A DNA stretch of 64,000 nt from Desulfatiglandales bacterium (GCA_963667015.2 CAXXJJ010000001.1:1536001-1600000), one strand, 5' to 3'. Shown: positions 31,556-42,525, numbered from the stretch's first letter. The notes: generated from the sequence alone by a model not told the origin. Translations and numbers: made by a program.

Positions 31556-31846
31556 ATGAAAAACAGAGATAAAGATACAGCAGAAGGCAAGGATTATGCT
31601 AAAGCTCATGACATGCACTATAAAACCAGGGATTTGCCAGGGGCATTCAAACTTTATAGAGGTATAATCACAGACTATCCCAAGACAGAGGAGGCAAAAT
31701 ACTCTTTGTCACAGGTTCAAAATATTGTGAATGCGGAGGTTCCAAAGCAGGAGGTTTTGGATGCGCTTGTAGCCCTGACGCTTGACCATTTTGATCAGGA
31801 TGCATCGAATGCCAAATCCGCTTCGGAAGCATCCCCCGCCTCGTAG
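31556..31846 (+). CDS. small helical (TPR-like) hypothetical protein
   Basis: GGAG RBS; Y..AH..HY...A..LY..II..YP...EA.YS. Confidence 0.7.
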   Translation: MKNRDKDTAEGKDYAKAHDMHYKTRDLPGAFKLYRGIITDYPKTEEAKYSLSQVQNIVNAEVPKQEVLDALVALTLDHFDQDASNAKSASEASPAS

Positions 31847-31886
31847 CAGCCTTTGGGTGGCCATAAGGCATTCGATTAATATAATT

Positions 31887-31920
31887 GTGAAGGCCCTGTT
31901 GAATCAACAGGGCCTTTCAC
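31887..31920. terminator. strong intergenic hairpin (terminator or processing/stability element)
   Basis: AAGGCCCTGTTGA-A-TCAACAGGGCCTT (31890-31916). Confidence 0.55.
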
Positions 31921-31945
31921 TTGTAATAGGATATAGAGTCACATA

Positions 31946-32887
31946 ATGAATAGACAACAACCCGTCATCAGGCGGTTTGAGAAAAACCCCATATTGACAA
32001 AAAAGGATGTGCCATATCCGGTAGCAACGGTTCATAATGCAGGTGTTGTCAAATACAATGATACTTACATCATGCTTTTCAGGTCGCATCTCCTGAACGG
32101 ACGCTCCATTATCGGAAGGGCAGACAGCAAGGATGGTTTTTCATTTGAGGTTAATCCCGAACCATTTCTCGTGCCATCCAGGGACAATATCTTTGCAGAA
32201 TATGAAGAGTTCGGAGTTGAAGACCTCAGGATCTGTCCGGTAGAGGATGAGTACCTGCTGACCTATAGCGCTTATTCCAGACATGGAGTCAGGATTGCCC
32301 TGGCACGCACCCGGGATTTTATAAAAGTGGAACGCATCGCACTTATCACCCAGGCCGACCTGCGCAATGTGGTAATTTTCCCTGAAAAGTTCGGGGACAG
32401 ATATGTCCGGTTGGACCGGCCTCATTCGGAAATTTCACCATGGTCGATCTGGATATCATATTCTCCTGACCTGGTTCACTGGGGTGATTCACGGGTGATC
32501 ATGAAGCCTGTTCCATATCACTGGGATGAGATGAAAATCGGGCCGGGCGCGCCGCCATTTAAAACCGAAAAGGGGTGGCTTCATATTTACCATGGTGTTT
32601 TCAAAACCATGTCAGGGACGGTGTACCGCCTCGGCGCGGCCCTGCATGATCTTTATGATCCGGCAAATATCATCGGTGTTTCCGATCAGTGGATTTTGCA
32701 GCCTGAAGATCCCTGGGAGGTAAACGGATACGTTCCAAATGTGGTCTTTACATGCGGTGCTGTACCTGAAGATGACGGAACAGTAAAAATATACTGGGGT
32801 GGCGCGGATACTGTAATGTGCGTGGGGACTGCGATGATCGATGATCTTATGCAGTTATGCCTGACAAATACCAGGCCGGCGCAGTAA
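31946..32887 (+). CDS. GH130 glycoside phosphorylase/hydrolase
   Basis: NPIL, HNAGV, GVEDLRI, YHGV, GYVPNVVFTCG, YWGGAD. Confidence 0.92.
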   Translation: MNRQQPVIRRFEKNPILTKKDVPYPVATVHNAGVVKYNDTYIMLFRSHLLNGRSIIGRADSKDGFSFEVNPEPFLVPSRDNIFAEYEEFGVEDLRICPVEDEYLLTYSAYSRHGVRIALARTRDFIKVERIALITQADLRNVVIFPEKFGDRYVRLDRPHSEISPWSIWISYSPDLVHWGDSRVIMKPVPYHWDEMKIGPGAPPFKTEKGWLHIYHGVFKTMSGTVYRLGAALHDLYDPANIIGVSDQWILQPEDPWEVNGYVPNVVFTCGAVPEDDGTVKIYWGGADTVMCVGTAMIDDLMQLCLTNTRPAQ

Positions 32888-32939
32888 CAAAGTAAAGAGT
32901 CATTCCCGATCCAACTTATCTATCACGGAGCTATAACAG

Positions 32940-34415
32940 GTGACTGTAAAAACAACGATGCATCCCGGAATAAAACGCCAGAAGAAAAGACTTATCGGAG
33001 ACTCATCACGCGTAATAACCCGCCCTCATATTCCCGAAGGATTGCATCGCATACAAAGAATCATAAAACGTGTAGCTGCTTTGTCCGACATTATGGTCGA
33101 ATATATTCTTGCGCAATTGATGCTTGATTTTTCAGAGCGGCATAAAGACATTAAACGCGTTTTTGAGATGAGTCTGAATGAGGTGGAAAAATTTATACCT
33201 CCGGATATTGTGCTGAGCGATACACAACGAACCCTTGTGGGGGCCTATTTTACCATGGAGTACTCGATTGAATCGGCAGCCCTTTTCAATCCTTCAATTG
33301 TCCTCCATCCTGATCAGAGTCATCTGGACGAAGGCAGCTTACGCTTTATCATGAGCCTGCGGGCAATCGGCGAAGGTCATGTGTCGTCCATAGTATTTCG
33401 CAGCGGCACACTTGACCGGGAAAATACATTTGATTTCGACCCGGTCAGCGAATATGTCGAAAGGCCCGAGGTCCGGCTAAACCCGGTTTACGATCGGCAC
33501 CTCTTCCTTCTGAAACTAAATGAAATGGAGGTTTGTGATGAAGTAACATCATATATCCTTGAGCAGTTACCGGAAGATTTTACCTATTCCGAATTAAAGG
33601 AAAAAATAGACAGGCTTCGGGAACAGAGAGTTTTCCAGGAAGAACGCCAGAACAGAACCTTTGAGATTATAAACTGGCTTGCCAGTTCCAATTATGAGGT
33701 GGACTTTAGACCAGATCACCGGATATCAGAACGAGTGATATTCCCTGTTTCAAAGAATGAAAGTCGTGGAATCGAGGACGCCCGGTTTGTACAATTTTTT
33801 GATGACAACGGAAGTGTTACCTATTACGCGACCTACACTGCCTATAACGGCATTACTATTTTGCCTCAGTTGATTGAAACAAAGGATTTTATCAACTTTA
33901 AGGTTATTACACTCAATGGTAAGGCCGTTAGAAACAAGGGCATGGCCCTTTTTCCCCGTAAAATTGATGGTCGCTATGTTATGCTTTCCAGACAGGATGG
34001 CGAAAATAATCATATCATGTTCTCGGACAATATTCATTTCTGGCAGGAATCGAAGGTCATCCAGGAACCGGAACGATATTGGGAATTTTTTCAGGTCGGC
34101 AACTGCGGATCTCCTCTGGAAACCGATCAGGGCTGGATCGTACTCACCCATGGTGTAGGCCCCATGCGCCAGTATTGCATCGGCGCCATGCTGCTTGATC
34201 TTGAAAAACCTTCAAAAATTATTGCCCGGCTGGAAAAACCGCTACTGGCTCCCGGTGAGGAAGAACGTGATGGATATGTCCCAAATGTTGTGTATACATG
34301 CGGAGCGATCTTCCACAATGAGGATCTTGTCATTCCATATGGGATGTCAGATATCGCATCGGGTCTGGCAACTGTCAATGTTAAAGAACTGCTTGACTGC
34401 ATGAGCCGGGTTTAA
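32940..34415 (+). CDS. GH130 family protein, long form
   Basis: EYSIESAALFNPS, GEGHVSS, GIEDARF, NKGMALFPR, GYVPNVVYTCG. Confidence 0.92.
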   Translation: MTVKTTMHPGIKRQKKRLIGDSSRVITRPHIPEGLHRIQRIIKRVAALSDIMVEYILAQLMLDFSERHKDIKRVFEMSLNEVEKFIPPDIVLSDTQRTLVGAYFTMEYSIESAALFNPSIVLHPDQSHLDEGSLRFIMSLRAIGEGHVSSIVFRSGTLDRENTFDFDPVSEYVERPEVRLNPVYDRHLFLLKLNEMEVCDEVTSYILEQLPEDFTYSELKEKIDRLREQRVFQEERQNRTFEIINWLASSNYEVDFRPDHRISERVIFPVSKNESRGIEDARFVQFFDDNGSVTYYATYTAYNGITILPQLIETKDFINFKVITLNGKAVRNKGMALFPRKIDGRYVMLSRQDGENNHIMFSDNIHFWQESKVIQEPERYWEFFQVGNCGSPLETDQGWIVLTHGVGPMRQYCIGAMLLDLEKPSKIIARLEKPLLAPGEEERDGYVPNVVYTCGAIFHNEDLVIPYGMSDIASGLATVNVKELLDCMSRV

Positions 34416-34427
34416 GGAATTAATAAA

Positions 34428-36212
34428 TTGAACAGTTACTATAGAAATCTCGGGATATTGATTCTCATTGCTTTCACATTATTTATGATGGTTCGTGAAT
34501 TTCAAACAAGGGATAAGGTCCCTGTGATGGCTTACAGTGAGTTTTTGAATATGGCTGAGAGCGGTCGGGTTACTGAGATCCTTATACAGGGGTATAATAT
34601 ATCAGGTTCAACTGTCGGGGGACCTTTTAAGACCTATGCTCCGAAAGATCCCGATATGATTGAAAGGATTAGAAACAAAGGAGTTACAATATCCGTTGAA
34701 CCGGAAAAAGGCTTCTCATTGTTTCAGATGTTTATATCCTGGATACCAATGCTTTTGCTGGTAGGAATATGGATATTCTATGTGCGCAGGATGCAGGGTG
34801 GCGGAGGCAAGGTAATGTCCTTTGGGAAAAGCCGTGCGAAACAGATGTCTGATTCCAGTGAAAAAGTCACATTTCAAAATGTAGCGGGAATTGATGAAGC
34901 AAAAGAAGAATTAGAGGAGATTGTAGAATTTCTCCGGTCTCCTGATAAATTTACCAGGCTGGGCGGAAGGATACCAAAGGGGGTCCTTCTTGTCGGGCCT
35001 CCGGGTACAGGAAAAACCTTGCTGGCAAAGGCCATAGCCGGAGAAGCGGATGTTCCTTTTTTCAGTATAAGCGGATCGGATTTTGTTGAGATGTTTGTAG
35101 GTGTTGGCGCTTCAAGGGTCAGAGACCTCTTTATGCAGGCCAAGAAAAATGCCCCCTGCATTATATTTATAGATGAGATGGATGCGGTCGGCCGCAGGAG
35201 AGGCGCAGGTCTGGGGGGCGGGCACGATGAAAAAGAACAGACATTAAATCAGCTTCTCGTTGAGATGGACGGTTTTGAATCGAATGAGGGCGTAATACTT
35301 ATTGCGGCCACAAACAGGCCCGATGTGCTGGATCCTGCACTGTTGAGGCCGGGGCGGTTTGACAGGCAGGTGGTTGTTCCTGTTCCTGATATATCCGGCA
35401 GGATCGGAATACTGAAAGTACATTCCAGAAAAACACCTCTGTCTGACAATGTTGATATCGGGGTCATTGCAAGGGGAACACCCGGATTTACAGGTGCTGA
35501 CATTGAAAACATGGTTAATGAGGCCGCTCTGATGGCCGCCCGGTTCGGAAAAGAAAGCCTGGAAATGGTTGATTTTGAGGACGCCAGGGATAAGGTCATG
35601 ATGGGATCTGCCCGCAAAAGCATGATTATAAGTGATTTTGATAGAAAAACGACCGCCTATCATGAAGCAGGGCATGCCCTTTTGGCAATGCTTATTCCCA
35701 ATGCCGACCCAATACACAAAGTTACAATTATTCCCCGGGGCAGGAGTCTTGGACTTACGCAGCAACTGCCCATGGATGAAAAACACATTTACCCCATTGA
35801 TTATTTGGAGGGGATTATATGTGTATCAATGGGCAGCAGGGTGGCCGAGGAGATTGTACTGAATATTCAGACTACCGGGACCGAGAACGATATTGTAAAA
35901 GCGTCTGACCTGGCCAGAAAGATGGTCTGTGAGTATGGTATGAGTAACGGCCTGGGACCTCTCACTTTCGGCAAGAGGGCGGCACCAATATTCCTTGGCA
36001 GGGAAGTCACCCAGAAAAGGGATTACAGTGAATTAACCGCAAAATTGATCGATGAAGAGATCAGAAATATAGTAGGCAAAGCATACAAAAAAGCCTCACA
36101 GCTTATCAATGATAATATGGAGGCTCTTAACAGGATTGCAGATGCCCTTCTGGAAAAGGAAACTTTGAACCGTGGCGAGATTGATGAATTAATGACCGGC
36201 AGTCCTGAATAA
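34428..36212 (+). CDS. ftsH: ATP-dependent zinc metalloprotease FtsH
   Basis: Two TM helices, [34 protein letters not shown]. Confidence 0.97.
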   Translation: MNSYYRNLGILILIAFTLFMMVREFQTRDKVPVMAYSEFLNMAESGRVTEILIQGYNISGSTVGGPFKTYAPKDPDMIERIRNKGVTISVEPEKGFSLFQMFISWIPMLLLVGIWIFYVRRMQGGGGKVMSFGKSRAKQMSDSSEKVTFQNVAGIDEAKEELEEIVEFLRSPDKFTRLGGRIPKGVLLVGPPGTGKTLLAKAIAGEADVPFFSISGSDFVEMFVGVGASRVRDLFMQAKKNAPCIIFIDEMDAVGRRRGAGLGGGHDEKEQTLNQLLVEMDGFESNEGVILIAATNRPDVLDPALLRPGRFDRQVVVPVPDISGRIGILKVHSRKTPLSDNVDIGVIARGTPGFTGADIENMVNEAALMAARFGKESLEMVDFEDARDKVMMGSARKSMIISDFDRKTTAYHEAGHALLAMLIPNADPIHKVTIIPRGRSLGLTQQLPMDEKHIYPIDYLEGIICVSMGSRVAEEIVLNIQTTGTENDIVKASDLARKMVCEYGMSNGLGPLTFGKRAAPIFLGREVTQKRDYSELTAKLIDEEIRNIVGKAYKKASQLINDNMEALNRIADALLEKETLNRGEIDELMTGSPE

Positions 36213-36246
36213 TATTAGTAACAGGGTGACAATTTTGGCAAATCTT

Positions 36247-36405
36247 ATGACAACCAGAGAAATAGCAGAGTACTTGAAATTACATGAAATAACAATATGC
36301 AAATTATCCAAGGAGGGAAAGATCCCTGCAGTCAGGATAGGGGGTGTCTGGAGATTTGATAAGGATAAGATTGATGACTGGATAGCCGGGATTTTAAAGT
36401 ATTAA
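36247..36405 (+). CDS. excisionase-like HTH_17 DNA-binding protein (52 aa; possible TTG start at 36235); absent from ORF track
   Basis: MTTREIAEYLKLHEITICKLSKEGKIPAVRIGGVWRFDKDKIDDWI. Confidence 0.85.
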   Translation: MTTREIAEYLKLHEITICKLSKEGKIPAVRIGGVWRFDKDKIDDWIAGILKY

Positions 36406-36596
36406 AAAAAAGGCAGCATCGGTCCTGGGGAAAAGACGATAAATGATGCTGATAGAATAGGGAGAGTCTCTGATGGATAAAACTGTCCGGCAGGCAAAAC
36501 ACGGAACAGCCAATATGCTGTTCCTATAACTATCTATATGATCATAAATATTATGAGATCCTTGACTGAAAACGATTATATGACAGGAGAGAACAT

Positions 36597-36815
36597 ATGC
36601 CCTCAATAAAACAGCTTCAAAGCCGTCTGCAGAACAAAAAGGACAGTCTGAACAAAGTCACTTCAAATATCGCTCAGGCCTCCAGCGGCAAAGACAGAGA
36701 GATTTTAAGAAGGTTTAAGCAGGAAAAGGATTCATTGGGCAGAGATATCAGAAACCTCGAAAGACAGCTGGTCACAATGGAAAATGAAGTCAGGAGAAGA
36801 AGTATCTACAACTGA
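36597..36815 (+). CDS. small basic coiled-coil hypothetical protein
   Basis: AGGAG RBS; 72 aa with heptad pattern. Confidence 0.65.
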   Translation: MPSIKQLQSRLQNKKDSLNKVTSNIAQASSGKDREILRRFKQEKDSLGRDIRNLERQLVTMENEVRRRSIYN

Positions 36816-36879
36816 CATAAAGAGAGAAAAACCATATCAGACCGAAAGCTTAAAACTTAACCTGTTAAAAGGAGAATAA

Positions 36880-37290
36880 ATGACTAATTTTCAATTATGT
36901 GCTACCTTTGATCTTTTTCCGGGCAGCACTCAGTTTTTATCAAGTTTTTCGTTCGCCGGATTCAACTTTACGATACTTGGATCGAATCCGAAGGTTTCCA
37001 TCAGTGTCAATGGTAATGGTAAAGGTCTGAGGTTTCCCAATAACGGCATTGACATTGTTCTGCCGGTTCCCGTTACCACGGTTAACCTGAGAGTAGGGTC
37101 ATTTGGTGGTCCTGTGGATATCTCTGCGGCAGACAGTGCAGGAAGTGTTGTGCGCAAAAAAACTATTTCCGAGCAAAAAGACTATATTAATGTTCGATTA
37201 TCCGCCCCTGAGATTGCATCTCTTCTCCTGACCGGTGGTCGGGACGAGGCAATTCTGGAAAATATCTGTGTATCTGTTTCATCCTGTTAA
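36880..37290 (+). CDS. hypothetical beta-rich protein
   Basis: AGGAG RBS; 136 aa. Confidence 0.65.
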   Translation: MTNFQLCATFDLFPGSTQFLSSFSFAGFNFTILGSNPKVSISVNGNGKGLRFPNNGIDIVLPVPVTTVNLRVGSFGGPVDISAADSAGSVVRKKTISEQKDYINVRLSAPEIASLLLTGGRDEAILENICVSVSSC

Positions 37291-37367
37291 TTTAAGGTTC
37301 ACACTTAAGCGAACCGGATAAGAATCAATCAATTCAGTTATTAGCGTTTTACAGATAAGGGGACATA

Positions 37368-37649
37368 ATGAAAAAAGAAGATATAGTAAACGAAGTGGCA
37401 AAGATTGTCGGTACAAAAAATAAGGCACAGATTGTGGTAAATTCTATTTTATCTCAGATAAAAGATGCCCTGCAAAGGAAAGAGATATTCAGTATCTCAG
37501 GTTTTGGTTCATTTAAAGTGGCACAGAGAAAGGCCAGGATGGGAATAAATCCCAGAACCGGTGAAACCATGAAGTTTAAGGCCGTTAATGTGCCCAAATT
37601 CTCAGCGGGGAAAATGTTAAAGGGAGTTGTGAATGACATCAGGGATTAG
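37368..37649 (+). CDS. hup: HU-family DNA-binding protein
   Basis: GFGSF...RKAR.G.NPRTGE...PKF.AGK.LK. Confidence 0.92.
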   Translation: MKKEDIVNEVAKIVGTKNKAQIVVNSILSQIKDALQRKEIFSISGFGSFKVAQRKARMGINPRTGETMKFKAVNVPKFSAGKMLKGVVNDIRD

Positions 37650-37691
37650 GCAATAGAAATATTTTATATTAAATCTTTAGTGGAGAGAAAT

Positions 37692-37922
37692 ATGGCAAAA
37701 GGACGAGGAAGAGATTATTTTTGCAACCTTGTATCAGAGAATGTTGAAATCACTTTAGTGAATAAACGCGAGGTTGGAATGAAATATAAAAAGAATCTGT
37801 TTGTGCGGTGCAATCAGACTGATTGCCAGTATGTAGAGCTTAACGAGGAACCCTGTCCTCTGACCATTGAGCTTTTCGCCGATGAGATCGAAAGGCGTGA
37901 AGCAATGCACAGGGACAGATAA
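37692..37922 (+). CDS. small 4-Cys hypothetical protein
   Basis: GGAG RBS; YFCNLVSENV...RCNQTDCQY...PCPL. Confidence 0.7.
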   Translation: MAKGRGRDYFCNLVSENVEITLVNKREVGMKYKKNLFVRCNQTDCQYVELNEEPCPLTIELFADEIERREAMHRDR

Positions 37923-38014
37923 ATTGTTTTGAATTCAGCAAAACCTGCTAAGTCAGGGTAATGCTGACAATGGTGGGAAGATAGAAATATGTATGTCATT
38001 TAACTTCTATCTTT

Positions 38015-40090
38015 TCAGTTTTTATTCTTTACATATTCCAGTATGCCCCGGACTACCTTTTCCGCGTCCCTGTGTCGTAACTCCTCAAAACGCAGTGCCC
38101 ATGCATGATCCGTGTAGGCGAGATTTCTCAGTTCGAACAACACCTTTATTGAAGCGGGATTATTTCTGAGTACACCCAGGTTCTGGCCCCGGGTATAGGC
38201 CCCGGCCCCTAGCGCAGGCAGCATGTCTTTGGCAAAGTTTCTGGATGCACTGTCTATACTTCCCCTTCTGGACCTGTAATAGAGTACAAGGGGTGCTTCA
38301 GGCATATTGGGGTCTACATCTGCATGAAAGGAGAGGAATATTGTGCGGTTTTTGGAAACCCCTTTAAAAGCCTTTTTTGAAATTTCCACCCTGGTGTAGA
38401 GGTTTCCATTTCTTCCCCCATTAGGCCAGTCCTTCCTGTTATTGCTCCTGTTATGCTCATAGCTGTTGTAGACCTCATTTTTCTCATTAACAAAGGTTTT
38501 GGATGGGGGAGAAGAGCCCCGTATGAGATGATCAGGACTCAGAATGGTCATGGTAACCTCTGCCGAGTGAAGTCGCAGCAGGACATAAACCCGCAATGCC
38601 ATGTCATATGCATATTCATCCTCGACCAGGTAGATACTTTTCCCCGAGTCATCATTTACCTGTACAATGGCGCCCGGGTCCTGGCCGCCATGTCCAGGGT
38701 CCAGGACAAAATGCCACCCCTTGAGATCATTGCTAAGGCGGCCAACTCTTTCCAGTTCATAGTTAAGCGCACTGAGAAGGGCAGTGCCCCTCTTATAGGC
38801 CGTAAGGGGAGTCAGTGTCGGAGACTCAAAATAGTTTCTGTGTTTCTGGAATGAAGCTTTTGGCTGAGAATGATAATATGGGCCGTTTCCGGCAGGTATG
38901 CTTTTTACGTTGTTGCGGGGATTAATAAGTGTTTCCCAGTTGATCTCACTTATCTTAATCCATTCTTTTCCCTTGCGCAGTATGGGTTTTACCTTTAACA
39001 CTTCTCCCGGATGTATAACAGATTTGCTGAGGTTGTTGATTTTCATCAGTTCCTGTAAATCCATCTGATGCAAACGGGCTATACTGTTCAGGTAGTCACC
39101 GGGTTTTACCCTGTAGCGGTCATAGGTTTCTGATTTTTCAACACTCAGTTTCAGTTCCTGCCCGGGGTAGATGCGGTCTGTTGTGAGCCCGTTAAGCTCC
39201 TTTATCTCGTCCACGGACATTCCATAGGCCTGTGCGATCTCCCATAATGCGTCCCCGCGTTCTACCATGTGAATGCCGGTTTGTGAAGCCTTGATACGAA
39301 GCTTCTGCCCTACCAGTATCTTGCTTCCCTTTATCCCGTTTAGTTTTTGCAGGGTTGATATCTTGATATTATATTTCTGCGCTATTTCGGTCAGGGTGTC
39401 TCCCTTGCGGACCACATGTGTCGCTTCATCCAGTGACGTGGGTTTAAGCTGCAGCCTTTGGCCGGGGTAGATATTTTCCCCGTCAATGTTATTTAACTGG
39501 CGCAGAAGGTCGAGACCAACATTAAATTTGCGGGCAATGGAATAGAGGTTGTCACCCTTTTTAACAACATACTCGAACTGGGCCTCTTCCTCCTCTCCTT
39601 CCTCGGAATCTTCTACAACTATCAGTTTCATGCCCGGATAAATTACATCACTTTTAAGATCATTAAGCTCTTTAAGAGTCCGGATACTCAGTTCGTATTG
39701 TCTGGAAATATCAGAGAGGGTGTCCCCTTTTCTTACAATGCATGTTTTGCCATCAGAGGTTAAAGCCGGACGAAGTCTCAGTTTCTGGCCGGGATAGATC
39801 CTGTCCCCTGAAAGATTGTTTAATCTTCTAAGAGAATTTGTAGAGACATGATACCTTCGGGCTATTTCAATCAGCGTATCCCCGCTCTGTACCCTGTGTA
39901 TGACAGGCTGGTCTGTATCTTCTGCGTGGCAGTCCGGCGGAAGGATCGGGATAATACCAAGGGCTGATGCTGTAAAAAAACAGATCAGCAGGCAGGAAAA
40001 AGATCTGCGGAGTGCAGACCGGTTATGTTTAAATGAAAATCTATTTGAAAGCATAGGTAATATACTTAAGGGATTAATTTTAATGAACAT
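38015..40090 (-). CDS. 6x LysM + N-acetylmuramoyl-L-alanine amidase (Amidase_3)
   Basis: Six V..GD.L LysM repeats; LDPGHGG, LSFHAD, LFEL. Confidence 0.92.
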   Translation of the reverse strand: MFIKINPLSILPMLSNRFSFKHNRSALRRSFSCLLICFFTASALGIIPILPPDCHAEDTDQPVIHRVQSGDTLIEIARRYHVSTNSLRRLNNLSGDRIYPGQKLRLRPALTSDGKTCIVRKGDTLSDISRQYELSIRTLKELNDLKSDVIYPGMKLIVVEDSEEGEEEEAQFEYVVKKGDNLYSIARKFNVGLDLLRQLNNIDGENIYPGQRLQLKPTSLDEATHVVRKGDTLTEIAQKYNIKISTLQKLNGIKGSKILVGQKLRIKASQTGIHMVERGDALWEIAQAYGMSVDEIKELNGLTTDRIYPGQELKLSVEKSETYDRYRVKPGDYLNSIARLHQMDLQELMKINNLSKSVIHPGEVLKVKPILRKGKEWIKISEINWETLINPRNNVKSIPAGNGPYYHSQPKASFQKHRNYFESPTLTPLTAYKRGTALLSALNYELERVGRLSNDLKGWHFVLDPGHGGQDPGAIVQVNDDSGKSIYLVEDEYAYDMALRVYVLLRLHSAEVTMTILSPDHLIRGSSPPSKTFVNEKNEVYNSYEHNRSNNRKDWPNGGRNGNLYTRVEISKKAFKGVSKNRTIFLSFHADVDPNMPEAPLVLYYRSRRGSIDSASRNFAKDMLPALGAGAYTRGQNLGVLRNNPASIKVLFELRNLAYTDHAWALRFEELRHRDAEKVVRGILEYVKNKN

Positions 40091-40159
40091 TCCCTTTTGG
40101 GGATTGGAGTATATTGGCTTGTATGTAGTATGTCAATGGTAAATCATCCCCTGGTAAAC

Positions 40160-40495
40160 CTAAAATATCCATCTGAGTATGGAATCCACGATGGTTATTA
40201 AAAATGCCGCAAACAGGGTTGTACCAATGCCGTCAATTTCAAAATCCTCCATCATCTTGTCCGTTATCAGGAGTAAAAAACCATTGATAACAAACTTGAA
40301 CAGTCCAAAGGTAAGAATTAAAAAGGGCAGGGATAAAAATATCAGCAGCCAGCCAATGAGATAATTGATAAGGCTGTATACTACAGCTACAATAACAGCG
40401 GTTCCGAAATTTTTAAGTCGGATTCCCGGTAACAGTTGTGCAACCAGAAAGACAGCAACGCTAAGCAGCAATATATTCCACAAAATATTAATCAT
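40160..40495 (-). CDS. YvlD/phage holin family 4 membrane protein
   Basis: LLPGI...LSLP..ILTFGLF.FVIN..LL...F.I.G. Confidence 0.88.
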   Translation of the reverse strand: MINILWNILLLSVAVFLVAQLLPGIRLKNFGTAVIVAVVYSLINYLIGWLLIFLSLPFLILTFGLFKFVINGFLLLITDKMMEDFEIDGIGTTLFAAFLITIVDSILRWIF

Positions 40496-40731
40496 TTTTT
40501 TCTCCCACGAAAATCAAGTAAGTGACATAAAGTAAGAGCAGGAATCATACCAAAATAGATAAATAAGGTATTTGATTTAAATATCAAGGAGTTAACTTGA
40601 AAAAAGATTTTTTGTGCTAAAGTAAAAATAGCCTTTGGAGAGTCTGTTTAACCTAAGGTTGGTTTTGTAAACCATCTTATAAGATACCTTGTCCTGAATA
40701 GAAATCCTCCAAAATGGTCAATATATTTTAA

Positions 40732-42525
40732 TTACTCTTCGGGTATTCCCAGCACACGAAGAGATTCGATTTTATAGTCAAGAAGTTCCTTGTCCTTTTG
40801 TACCCTCATAAAGGATTCATAAACTTTAAGAGTAAAATTTGGCATGATGCGAAGTACTTCGGATGCGTGATATCGGGCCTTATCCATTTCACCATCAGTA
40901 GAATAGACTCCTGCCAGCATGCAGTGTGCGCCAAAACTGTTCGGATCAATTTTTAAGGCCTTTTGACCATAGTCTTTTGCTTTCTCATGATCAAAGAGTT
41001 TATTTCTGAATGGAACAGAATAGACTGCCCCCAGGTATACATAAAAATCAACATCAGGGTAGGGATCAAGCCGTATAGCCCGTTCTATATGCTGTATCGC
41101 CTTCTCATAATCTCCCAGCAAATAGATGAAGTAACCGAGATAATACTGAGCATGCGCACTGTTAGGATCCATTTTAACCCAAGCTTCAAGATGGGTTATG
41201 GCTGATTCATATTTTTCTTTTATAAGATCAATATAGGCGTAGAGCAGTCTCGTATGACCATATGATTTGTCCAGTTCAAATGCCTTATCTGCATATTCTT
41301 CCGCCAGTCTTAAAGAATCTTCGGGTGATTCGCTTCTATTATATAGGATTCTATTAACATGATAGATGCCCACCCCGTAGTAACCCTCGGGTTCATCAGG
41401 CGCAATCTTTATCAGCTTTTCTGCTGACTGTTTCGCCATATCATAATTTTTTTCCTGCAGATACCTGAGCATGTCAAGCCACTCTTCATAGTAGTGAGTA
41501 TCTTTACCCAGATAACGCCTGACAACATCTCCGTCTATTAGTTTAATTCGTAATTCTACGGATATTTGAGTGGTAATTTCAGATTGAAGGGAAAATACAT
41601 CATCCATTTCACGGTCATATCGTTCTGACCATATCTGGTAACCCTTGAGAGTATCAATCAGTTGAACAGTAACTCTCACCCTGTTTCCCTGGGTCCTTAC
41701 GCTTCCTTCAAGGATATAGCGGACACCAAGTTCCTCACTTACCTGCTGGGCTTTCACCGACTTGCCTTTGTATGAAAAAGATGAGTTGCGTGCGATTACA
41801 AAAAGCTCGGGATTTTTTGAAAGACCTGTAATTATCTCCTCTGTAAGGCCGTCACAAAAGAATTCCTGCTCCGGATCTCCGCTCAAATTGTCAAAGGGCA
41901 TGACCGCGATTGAAGGTTTTGCAGGCAAGGGATATGCCATCCTGTCAAAGGATGCTCTTTCCAGGGATTTTTCTTTTGATTCTTTTTTACTGGGATCTTT
42001 TTCCAATATTACCTTGTAGACCCTGATGGGTTCATCCAGATTTTTCAGGTAGTGCTCACCAAGGTAATCATACTGGACATCAACCTTCCTTTTTACCTGG
42101 TCGTATACAGAGCGTGATATGCAGATTCCGCCGGGTTCGGCAAGAGATTCTATTCTTGCCGCGGCGTTTACACCGTCTCCGTAGATGCTGTTATCCTTGA
42201 TTATCACATCTCCCAGATTAAGGCCTATCCTGAATTCCATGCGTCTGTTTTCAGGCAGGCCGACATATTTGGATTTAAGCTCCTGCTGTATCTGTACCGC
42301 ACATTCAACCGCATTTACTGCACTGCTGAATTCAGCAAGAAGATTGTCTCCCGGTGCATCTACTACACGGCCGTTATATTCCTCAATGAGTCTGGTAAAC
42401 AGTGATTTATTATCTTCAAGGTTCCTAATGGTCCAATCTTCATTAGTTTCCATATGGCGGCTGTACCCAACAACATCAGCAATGAAAATTCCACTGAGTT
42501 TACGTTCGGCACGTTCCTGGTTCAT
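40732..42525 (-). CDS. class III adenylate/guanylate cyclase with TolB-like and TPR domains
   Basis: ADVVGYS, GDNL, GDGVNAAARIE; PSIAVMPFDNLSGD; TPR repeats. Confidence 0.92.
   Translation of the reverse strand: MNQERAERKLSGIFIADVVGYSRHMETNEDWTIRNLEDNKSLFTRLIEEYNGRVVDAPGDNLLAEFSSAVNAVECAVQIQQELKSKYVGLPENRRMEFRIGLNLGDVIIKDNSIYGDGVNAAARIESLAEPGGICISRSVYDQVKRKVDVQYDYLGEHYLKNLDEPIRVYKVILEKDPSKKESKEKSLERASFDRMAYPLPAKPSIAVMPFDNLSGDPEQEFFCDGLTEEIITGLSKNPELFVIARNSSFSYKGKSVKAQQVSEELGVRYILEGSVRTQGNRVRVTVQLIDTLKGYQIWSERYDREMDDVFSLQSEITTQISVELRIKLIDGDVVRRYLGKDTHYYEEWLDMLRYLQEKNYDMAKQSAEKLIKIAPDEPEGYYGVGIYHVNRILYNRSESPEDSLRLAEEYADKAFELDKSYGHTRLLYAYIDLIKEKYESAITHLEAWVKMDPNSAHAQYYLGYFIYLLGDYEKAIQHIERAIRLDPYPDVDFYVYLGAVYSVPFRNKLFDHEKAKDYGQKALKIDPNSFGAHCMLAGVYSTDGEMDKARYHASEVLRIMPNFTLKVYESFMRVQKDKELLDYKIESLRVLGIPEE

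Noticed and set aside
40160..40495. Prophage lysis cassette (holin-like gene next to an amidase)
   Set aside because: YvlD-type proteins are common chromosomal membrane proteins, the amidase has an export signal and LysM repeats, and no phage genes are present.
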